A DNA stretch of 30,768 nt, taken from positions 1-30,768 of IMG/VR virus record IMGVR_UViG_3300027892_002536; one strand, 5' to 3'. Positions within the stretch are counted from its first letter, which is position 1; the number at the start of each line of letters is the position of its first letter. Positions 1-5,824 of this stretch are shown here, piece by piece. A program made the position numbers and the translations under genes. Origin of the DNA: a virus. Its lineage: Duplodnaviria > Caudoviricetes. The notes below the pieces were generated by a model. That model did not search any database. It saw nothing but the letters and a program-made list of their open reading frames with translations, and had not been told where the DNA came from.

Positions 1-2
1 GG

Positions 3-31
3 TTGACAGATTGGTAAATTGAACATATAAT
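3..31 (+). promoter_or_regulatory. Consensus sigma70-type early promoter 1
   Basis: TTGACA (3-8), 17-nt spacer, TATAAT (26-31). Confidence 0.9.
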
Positions 32-37
32 AGACAC

Positions 38-150
38 AAGAAGAAAGAAAAAGCAAGGCGGTCCTCGAATGTAAGAACCCAGCAGAAATGCAAAAAGGGT
101 TGGAACCAAGGGACTCGAAGCGAGTTAGGAGACTCGGCCTAAGCTAGTCC
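38..150 (+). ncRNA. Candidate structured non-coding RNA
   Basis: Lies directly behind promoter 1 with no RBS-linked ORF. Nested helices: AGC/AGGC(52-59) with GCCT/GCT(137-145); GTCCT(61-65) with GGGAC(110-114); AACCC(76-80) with GGGTT(97-101); GCA-GAAA-TGC tetraloop hairpin (82-91); CGAGT-taggag-ACTCG (121-136). Ends are approximate. Confidence 0.5.
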
Positions 151-153
151 AGG

Positions 154-182
154 TTGACAACTAGCCAAAGTAGTTGTATAAT
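154..182 (+). promoter_or_regulatory. Consensus sigma70-type early promoter 2
   Basis: TTGACA (154-159), 17 nt, TATAAT (177-182), then leader ACACATAGTAACAAGGAGC. Confidence 0.9.
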
Positions 183-210
183 AGACACATAGTAACAAGG
201 AGCGACCCAA

Positions 211-603
211 ATGGCTAAAGTAAATTATGACAACTTCGCCTCGTTTGACATTAACGAGTGCTGTGACCACTTTGACAGTGAGAAGCCCAGCAACTGGAAG
301 AAGATCGGCAAGTTCATCGTAGCCGACGGACAAGAATACACACAGGTGCTGGTAGACGAGTTCGACTATGACCGTGACAGCCTAGAAGGTGGAGAATACG
401 AGACCTTTGACGCAGGCGTTAAGTATGCGCTTACCAAGATGAACATTGCCTTTGAAGCAGCCGGTTTGGACCTTCAGATCTGCTCTGTGGACCTGGTAGA
501 AAGCATGGGATACATGTTAGTGCGCACTGACGATGAGCCTGAGGACTTCGTTAAGCGTGTGCTGAAGAAGCCTGTCTTAATGGTAGAGAGCTGGATAGAC
601 TGA
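211..603 (+). CDS. Hypothetical early protein, acidic
   Basis: 130-aa ORF with AAGGAG RBS behind promoter 2. Confidence 0.85.
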   Translation: MAKVNYDNFASFDINECCDHFDSEKPSNWKKIGKFIVADGQEYTQVLVDEFDYDRDSLEGGEYETFDAGVKYALTKMNIAFEAAGLDLQICSVDLVESMGYMLVRTDDEPEDFVKRVLKKPVLMVESWID

Positions 604-839
604 TGGGTTGGGTGGTCTATGATGCTCGCAGGGGCCATATGCAGAAGTACTACAAGAAAGCTGCAACTGCCCGCCGCATAGTGACCCAACACAACACTTC
701 CCGGGATCACGGTGATTGGATCTACACACCCTCTAGCACGTGGGCCTGCTGCTCATACAGGGACTATGAAGGGATCTTGATGGGACTCCGGGGCGATGCT
801 CTAAAGATGTGGCAGTTTTGCAACACCGAACGTGGTTGA
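603..839 (+). CDS. Hypothetical early protein
   Basis: TGATG coupling to the upstream ORF; its stop TGA lies inside the -35 box of promoter 3. Confidence 0.75.
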   Translation: MGWVVYDARRGHMQKYYKKAATARRIVTQHNTSRDHGDWIYTPSSTWACCSYRDYEGILMGLRGDALKMWQFCNTERG

Positions 840-864
840 CAGATTGGTGAAACGGCGTTATAAT
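836..864 (+). promoter_or_regulatory. Consensus sigma70-type early promoter 3
   Basis: TTGACA (836-841), 17 nt, TATAAT (859-864). Confidence 0.9.
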
Positions 865-890
865 TAACACTTAGCAACAAAGGAGCTGAT

Positions 891-998
891 ATGAAATGGA
901 TCGTTGGAATTGCGGTAACATGGTTCTTGTTCCACTTTGGCATTGCCCAAGCTCTGTTGCTGGCCCTTGCTGGTCTGGGCACAATAGTTTTTGGTTGA
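891..998 (+). CDS. Small hydrophobic protein, 35 aa (not in ORF track)
   Basis: AAAGGAG RBS then ATG; translates as MKWIVGIAVTWFLFHFGIAQALLLALAGLGTIVFG; stop lies inside the -35 of promoter 4. Confidence 0.75.
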   Translation: MKWIVGIAVTWFLFHFGIAQALLLALAGLGTIVFG

Positions 999-1023
999 CA
1001 TTTTGGCTAAATGATCGTATAAT
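995..1023 (+). promoter_or_regulatory. Consensus sigma70-type early promoter 4
   Basis: TTGACA (995-1000), 17 nt, TATAAT (1018-1023). Confidence 0.9.
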
Positions 1024-1055
1024 AAACACATACACTAGCAAACAAGGAGCGAAAC

Positions 1056-1364
1056 TTGAAACTGTTAATCACAACCCAGGTCTACGAGAACTACGGCGCC
1101 CACGATTGGGACGGAGTTGGTGCTTGCCCATCATACTGGAAGGCCAAAGGCGGTTCAGACTATGTGGTAAAGAACATCAACGTGAACCAGGTCACTGAGA
1201 CCGTGATGGGTGTGCGTGGCCAGATCGAGCAGGACAATGATGCCTTCCGCGAAACAATCATCGATTGGAGCATAGTGGCTGACGATGCGCTCACAGAGTT
1301 TGAGCAGAGCCAGTTGAACTACGAAGGTTCAATCCGTTACGCATCCAAGGAGATCACATGGTAA
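1056..1364 (+). CDS. Hypothetical early protein (TQVYENYGAHDW...YWKAKGG motif)
   Basis: TTG start with AAGGAG RBS behind promoter 4. Confidence 0.85.
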   Translation: MKLLITTQVYENYGAHDWDGVGACPSYWKAKGGSDYVVKNINVNQVTETVMGVRGQIEQDNDAFRETIIDWSIVADDALTEFEQSQLNYEGSIRYASKEITW

Positions 1365-1462
1365 ATCAAGCTATAGTGAATTTTGCGATTATGATTAGCC
1401 CTTGCATCATCATGGGCTTGGCCATAGTGGTTGACAGTTTGGCGAATCGGCCGTATAATTAA
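1358..1462 (+). CDS. Small membrane protein, 34 aa (not in ORF track)
   Basis: AAGGAG RBS; translates as MVNQAIVNFAIMISPCIIMGLAIVVDSLANRPYN; reads through promoter 5. Confidence 0.55.
   Translation: MVNQAIVNFAIMISPCIIMGLAIVVDSLANRPYN
1431..1459 (+). promoter_or_regulatory. Consensus sigma70-type early promoter 5
   Basis: TTGACA (1431-1436), 17 nt, TATAAT (1454-1459). Confidence 0.9.
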
Positions 1463-1486
1463 CACATAGCAACAAAGGAACACACT

Positions 1487-1570
1487 ATGACAGGCCTAGA
1501 GATCCTCGTAACAACACTAGCAGTAGCAGTCATTTTTGCAGTTAAAGTATACATTCTTTCCAAAATCTAA
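1487..1570 (+). CDS. Small single-pass membrane protein, 27 aa (not in ORF track)
   Basis: AAAGGA RBS; translates as MTGLEILVTTLAVAVIFAVKVYILSKI; its stop TAA overlaps the next RBS TAAGGAG. Confidence 0.7.
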   Translation: MTGLEILVTTLAVAVIFAVKVYILSKI

Positions 1571-1580
1571 GGAGCACACA

Positions 1581-1934
1581 ATGACAGCAATCGCCACAGT
1601 GATCACAGAACAAGTAGTGCAAGACGCAACCAACGAAGCAGCACAGCAGGCTCGTACAGCAGCCAAAGCCTTCCTACAGCAGCATGGTGACAGAGATGCC
1701 TGTGGCTTTGCTTGGGTGGATGTCTACGGTGTCCGCAGCAACAGCAAGTTGGGCAAGTGGCTACAGGCCGCTGGCTTCTCAAAGAGCTACACAGGCAGCC
1801 TACAGTTGTGGAACCCCAGCCAAGCAGGAGTGCAGAGTGTCAGCGTTCTAGAAGCAGGCGCAGAAGCCTACGCCCGGGTACTCAAGACCAAGCTGGGCTT
1901 GGACAAGGTCTACGCTGGAAGCAGGTTGGACTGA
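1581..1934 (+). CDS. Hypothetical early protein (DACGFAWV motif)
   Basis: Start moved from 1536 to the ATG at 1581, which follows a TAAGGAG RBS. Confidence 0.85.
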   Translation: MTAIATVITEQVVQDATNEAAQQARTAAKAFLQQHGDRDACGFAWVDVYGVRSNSKLGKWLQAAGFSKSYTGSLQLWNPSQAGVQSVSVLEAGAEAYARVLKTKLGLDKVYAGSRLD

Positions 1935-1935
1935 C

Positions 1936-2175
1936 ATGATCACCCTACAAGGACTTACTCAAAGACAACGGCAGCTGTGTGATCTCATGTGGAGCTGCAG
2001 TGATCTCAAACAGGTACAGGGCTTGATCAGAGCCTTGCCCACACTAGAAGATCAGCAGCAGGCTGAGACTCTGATGCAGGTATTGATACACGAATCGCTA
2101 GAACAACAAGGAGCCATGGATGACTATGCAGAAGACTGCAATGATGTTATTGTTCGTGTTAGCAGCAGCCGCTAG
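1936..2175 (+). CDS. Hypothetical protein
   Basis: 79-aa ORF abutting the upstream stop. Confidence 0.7.
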   Translation: MITLQGLTQRQRQLCDLMWSCSDLKQVQGLIRALPTLEDQQQAETLMQVLIHESLEQQGAMDDYAEDCNDVIVRVSSSR

Positions 2176-2341
2176 CACTGTAGGCTGCAGCGTCAGCAGC
2201 AGGGATCGCAGAGACGCAGCATGGGATCCCAAGCCGGGGCAGACGCTGATTGATCAGATGCCTAATTGGCAAGGTGAATCACAGAGTCGCTGCTGTGGCC
2301 ACCTGAGACAGTGCCAGGTGAACCAGACTCCGAGGTGTTGA
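2120..2341 (+). CDS. Putative lipoprotein
   Basis: AAGGAG RBS; N-terminal Lys plus hydrophobic stretch ending in lipobox-like STVGC; Cys-rich C-terminus. Confidence 0.6.
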   Translation: MTMQKTAMMLLFVLAAAASTVGCSVSSRDRRDAAWDPKPGQTLIDQMPNWQGESQSRCCGHLRQCQVNQTPRC

Positions 2342-2379
2342 TGAGGATGGTGGTGAGGTGATGGGGCCGACCGGTATAG

Positions 2380-2399
2380 TACTGTATATGTATACAGTA
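2380..2399. promoter_or_regulatory. LexA (SOS box)-like operator
   Basis: TACTGTATATGTATACAGTA: perfect 9-bp inverted arms, CTGT-N8-ACAG, one mismatch from the E. coli consensus TACTGTATATATATACAGTA; intergenic. Confidence 0.75.
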
Positions 2400-2503
2400 G
2401 TTTATAGTTGGTAGTGGTCTAAATTCACCACCCCAAAAAGCTAAGTACTCCACCCAAATTTTTTGCACCGCAATTTTTTACATTTCCTAACTCTTTTTCT
2501 ACT

Positions 2504-2773
2504 ATGAACCATACCTTACAACACAGAGATATTGCTGGAGCTCATCTCTCACCCGGAGATCATTGCCTAGTCACTGAACACAATAGACTCATACTAGCCC
2601 GTGTGATCAAACTCTACGACGCCAGCAATCAAGTGCAGTTACAGCCATTGCACAGCGATGCAGGTGGCCGTAGATCAAAACCTTCTCAAAAGAAGATCCG
2701 AAGAGAGTGCTACAATGTCTATAAGATCGCTGACACGGAGATCACCATGAGCATACTTAGGGGCGCTGTATAG
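2504..2773 (+). CDS. Hypothetical protein, possibly an SH3-like beta-barrel
   Basis: 89-aa ORF with an RDIAGAHLSPGDHCLV pattern. Confidence 0.7.
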   Translation: MNHTLQHRDIAGAHLSPGDHCLVTEHNRLILARVIKLYDASNQVQLQPLHSDAGGRRSKPSQKKIRRECYNVYKIADTEITMSILRGAV

Positions 2774-2796
2774 GCTAGTTGACTAAATATTTGGTC

Positions 2797-3003
2797 ATGA
2801 ACATATTCATCCCCGTGCTATTCATCTGCGCCAATCTACAGTGTGAATTCCAGCAGTCCAACACCTATTTCTTTCGTGTTGATGAATGTGTGGCTGCTGT
2901 AGACGCCCAAAGCAACTTCATCATCACGGCTGCTCGAGTCAATGGTATAGAGGTGAACCTGCGAGCCACCTGCGTCACGGTCAATATAAAGCCCTTCATA
3001 TAG
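2797..3003 (+). CDS. Hypothetical small Cys-containing protein
   Basis: Start moved to the ATG at 2797, 7 nt after TAAATA (2784-2789). Confidence 0.65.
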   Translation: MNIFIPVLFICANLQCEFQQSNTYFFRVDECVAAVDAQSNFIITAARVNGIEVNLRATCVTVNIKPFI

Positions 3004-3007
3004 TCAC

Positions 3008-3013
3008 TAAATA
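3008..3013 (+). promoter_or_regulatory. T4-late-like promoter box (TAAATA)
   Basis: TAAATA-N5-ATG. The same geometry recurs at 3272-3277, 3656-3661 and 4342-4347; the boxes at 3270 and 4340 are full TATAAATA. Confidence 0.65.
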
Positions 3014-3018
3014 CCGTT

Positions 3019-3219
3019 ATGGATAACAGAGCCTACGAAAAGTATCAAGCCACACAACCCGTGACGCCCAGGCTGGAACGAGTTGAGGCTGAACCACTAA
3101 AAGATATTACCACTGTGGAGATCACAGTCATCGCAGTGTTTGCCATTGCTGTAGTCTATGTGGTATACCACATGATCAGAGACCTTGTAAAAAAACCTTC
3201 ACAGTCAGACAAATCCTAG
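3019..3219 (+). CDS. Small single-pass membrane protein
   Basis: Hydrophobic segment ITVIAVFAIAVVYVVY; apparently leaderless. Confidence 0.75.
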   Translation: MDNRAYEKYQATQPVTPRLERVEAEPLKDITTVEITVIAVFAIAVVYVVYHMIRDLVKKPSQSDKS

Positions 3220-3282
3220 ATCTAAAAAAACTGCGCTGAATTTTTTTAGGCTGCTAGACCCATTTCAGCTATAAATATCATT

Positions 3283-3477
3283 ATGCGTATATTCTATCAG
3301 ATTTTATCACTGTCACCGGCTCCCTTGTTCTTGCTAGGGTTTGTATACAGTTTAATTAATCCCAGTCACACATGCGGTCATGACTACGCTATGACCATAA
3401 TGTGGTTTGTGATGTTTCTAGCCCACTTAACACCGTGGCTGCTATGGTTGCAACAGCGAGACTTTACCCGGAATTGA
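3283..3477 (+). CDS. Small two-TM membrane protein
   Basis: Two hydrophobic segments; TATAAATA-N5-ATG. Confidence 0.75.
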   Translation: MRIFYQILSLSPAPLFLLGFVYSLINPSHTCGHDYAMTIMWFVMFLAHLTPWLLWLQQRDFTRN

Positions 3478-3666
3478 AAAGCAGCAGTGATACGCACCCT
3501 GTAACACTGCCCAGCTTTCCCAGTAGTTGATTTCCAGTAGATCCTGTCGATCCACTATCCATACCAAATCTCGTATTTCTATAGTGCCACGAGGACCCGT
3601 GATCCTTGCGGTATATAGCGTGTTCGCAGTCTTCCAAAAAATCACGGTAAGCATCTAAATACTTAT

Positions 3667-3891
3667 GTGCTGATAGTGTATCTAGAACCTTTCCACACAC
3701 CGCAGGAACTGCTGTTAATCTCCTGGCGGGACGCAGTCCACTATTGGCCCAGATCACGTGCTCATACAGATCTAGAACTTGCGGGTATCGTGACCGATTG
3801 GTGGCTGCTGTTTTCCAATCCTATCTACGCTGACATATGGCTGATCAAGTATCCTGAACAGTCTAGAATTATACGCACTTTATTCGACTGA
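3667..3891 (+). CDS. Hypothetical protein
   Basis: GTG start 5 nt after TAAATA. Confidence 0.65.
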   Translation: MLIVYLEPFHTPQELLLISWRDAVHYWPRSRAHTDLELAGIVTDWWLLFSNPIYADIWLIKYPEQSRIIRTLFD

Positions 3892-3938
3892 AAAATCTGC
3901 GCTTCTGCTTCGCAAAAAAATTTTGCGCTGCGCTTCGC
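3890..3938. repeat. Imperfect tandem repeat of A-tract plus TGCGCT..GCTTCGC
   Basis: aaaaatctgcgcttctgcttcgc followed by aaaaaaattttgcgctgcgcttcgc; a related unit, aaaaaaactgcgctg, occurs near 3224. Confidence 0.5.
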
Positions 3939-3993
3939 CAGGAATATTCCCACCCTTGACCCATCATGATAATTAGTGTATTAAGGAGATGTC

Positions 3994-4344
3994 ATGAATC
4001 TAACACAAATTGTATCAGCTAACCTAGCTGCGTTATGTCTGCTCTACTTGGTCTATCGTCATATCACATTTGCTAAAATGCGTGAATGCTATGCTATGTG
4101 GTTCAAGAAGGAGTATTGGACTGACTACAACACCGTGGAGTTTGCTTCCTGGGCCGCCAAAGCCTGCATCATTGTTCCTGGCTTGATATTTGGCATCTCC
4201 GTATGGTGGCTCTATTTCTTTACTCTGTGTACCAGTCTAACTCTAATATGGGCCAGCGAGAAGAAACTGCTACCTACTCTTGTGGGGTTCAACACCATTT
4301 GGGTGTGGATATCATGCATGGTGCTAGCACAGCATTTGATATAA
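3994..4344 (+). CDS. Hypothetical multi-pass membrane protein
   Basis: TAAGGAG RBS; three to four hydrophobic segments. Confidence 0.8.
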   Translation: MNLTQIVSANLAALCLLYLVYRHITFAKMRECYAMWFKKEYWTDYNTVEFASWAAKACIIVPGLIFGISVWWLYFFTLCTSLTLIWASEKKLLPTLVGFNTIWVWISCMVLAQHLI

Positions 4345-4352
4345 ATATTTCT

Positions 4353-4562
4353 ATGAGCGAACAATATCTATTACCCATGGCCCGCAACACAGTAACAGGG
4401 CAGACTGTGAAAACACAGGACCTATCTGGCGTGAAATATACTCTCAACCAACGAGCTCTAGCAGAGTTCGCAGCTGATCAATGTGCAGCCAAGATGTCAG
4501 CTCGTACTGGTGACACATGGCAGGGCTTTGTGCAGCCCTACACTCCCCGCCTACGCAGCTGA
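4353..4562 (+). CDS. Hypothetical protein
   Basis: Start moved from 4203 to the ATG at 4353 (TATAAATA-N5-ATG), which removes a 140-nt overlap. Confidence 0.75.
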   Translation: MSEQYLLPMARNTVTGQTVKTQDLSGVKYTLNQRALAEFAADQCAAKMSARTGDTWQGFVQPYTPRLRS

Positions 4563-4997
4563 TTATCTGTAGAGATAGTTAACAGTGGTTTCGTTTTCTT
4601 GGAAAACTTCTGCACCGTTCTTGAGGTGGAATTTGCGAGCCATTTCAGTCTTTGGGCTCAGAGTCACATAGGTAGTGACTTCGGGTCGTTCCAGTTTGAT
4701 TTTGGCCTGTGCTTCTTCTATCAGTCTACGCCCTGCACCCTGCGCATAACTCCAAATGGTATAGAACACCGCGGTATTGGTGTTGACCACAGTGTCAGCT
4801 AGATCCTCCACGGTTTTTGGTATCATTTCCAGAAACTTCACGCAGGTCACTGCTATAGGTTGATCGTTGTCATCTTTGAGCACAAAGATTCTTGAGTTAG
4901 CGTTAACACGCTGTTCTGCTGGTATTTCTGGACGCACGGGATCATCTTTGATGAGGCCTAAGAGATTGTCTTGTAGATCTTGTATGGTGTACAGCAC
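4563..4997 (-). CDS. GNAT-like acetyltransferase-fold protein
   Basis: Motif A-like WSYAQGAGRRLI and C-terminal ARKFHLKNGA; TAAATA box upstream at 5022-5027 (minus). Confidence 0.6.
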   Translation of the reverse strand: MLYTIQDLQDNLLGLIKDDPVRPEIPAEQRVNANSRIFVLKDDNDQPIAVTCVKFLEMIPKTVEDLADTVVNTNTAVFYTIWSYAQGAGRRLIEEAQAKIKLERPEVTTYVTLSPKTEMARKFHLKNGAEVFQENETTVNYLYR

Positions 4998-5066
4998 GGT
5001 ATGCCCTTGGTATTATAACACTATTTATTGATTACTAAAAAATCCACATATAGACTGAAGTAATCA

Positions 5067-5095
5067 TTGACTTAGTAAATATTTTACTGTATACT
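5067..5095 (+). promoter_or_regulatory. Sigma70-type promoter with an inverted repeat in the spacer
   Basis: TTGACT (5067-5072), 17 nt, TATACT (5090-5095); spacer contains AGTAAA-TAT-TTTACT. Confidence 0.75.
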
Positions 5096-5125
5096 GTAAA
5101 TATAGTCAACCACAAGGAGTTCAAA

Positions 5126-5824
5126 ATGTTTGGAACAAATTACACAGGCAGCGGAGTTCTAAGTTATAGATCCGCAGAAGAAATTAACTCGGCTATGGCT
5201 CGAGTCTATGGCCACATGGGCGTGGCCGTGTTTATCAGCATGTTGGTCAGTCTATTCGTAGGCACCACACCAGAACTGGTGCAGTTCTTTTTCACAGGTG
5301 TATTAAAATGGATAGTGATATTTGCACCCCTAGCAGCCATATTTGCAGTCAGCTATGTGCTAGGCACCAATCCCAGCAAAGGGGTGGCACAGCTATGCCT
5401 ACATGGATTTGCAGCTCTAATGGGTCTTAGCTTTTCCATGATCTTTGTGGTATTTGCCATGGGCAGTATAGTATCAGCTTTCATGGGTGCTGCCATCTTG
5501 TTTGCAGTAATGAGCGGCTATGGCTACTTTACCAAACAGAGCCTAGACAGCATGGGCCGATTCATGTTTGTGGGCTTGATTGCTATCGTAATCGCCAGCA
5601 TAGTTAATATCTTTATTGGATCAACAGTGATGCAGATGGTTATCTCTGCCTTGGCCATAATCATATTCCTAGGACTCACTGCCTACGACACACAAAAGAT
5701 ACGTGAAGAACTTTCAGTGGAAACTTCACCTGCTGCTGAAGTCCGAGGAGCACTGAGTCTTTACATGGACTTTATCAATCTGTTCCTAAATCTTCTACAG
5801 TTGTTTGGCGGGCGTAAAGAATGA
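5126..5824 (+). CDS. Bax inhibitor-1/YccA family membrane protein
   Basis: About seven TM segments; family motifs LTAYDTQKI and GALSLYMDFINLFLNLL; AAGGAG RBS. Confidence 0.93.
   Translation: MFGTNYTGSGVLSYRSAEEINSAMARVYGHMGVAVFISMLVSLFVGTTPELVQFFFTGVLKWIVIFAPLAAIFAVSYVLGTNPSKGVAQLCLHGFAALMGLSFSMIFVVFAMGSIVSAFMGAAILFAVMSGYGYFTKQSLDSMGRFMFVGLIAIVIASIVNIFIGSTVMQMVISALAIIIFLGLTAYDTQKIREELSVETSPAAEVRGALSLYMDFINLFLNLLQLFGGRKE

Noticed and set aside
38-150. Hammerhead ribozyme, tRNA or known riboswitch
   Set aside because: No CUGANGA core, no T-loop GTTCRA or cloverleaf, and no aptamer consensus that I recognise.
896-1198. 100-aa ORF in the track
   Set aside because: It crosses promoter 4 and overlaps two better-supported ORFs; the RBS is positioned for the ATG at 891 in another frame.
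1-1490. CRISPR-like array
   Set aside because: The repeats are degenerate promoters separated by 150-680 nt of mostly coding sequence.
3220-3250. Rho-independent terminator
   Set aside because: The T-tract is preceded by no GC-rich stem; only A/T-tract pairing is possible.
3956-3984. Sigma70 promoter TTGACC-17-TATTAA
   Set aside because: The -10 is poor and directly abuts the RBS, so the start site would fall past the SD.
5086-5106. TACTGTATA half-sites here and near 13023-13033 as extra LexA boxes
   Set aside because: There is no matching ACAG arm at CTGT-N8-ACAG spacing; they are explained by TATACT -10 boxes.
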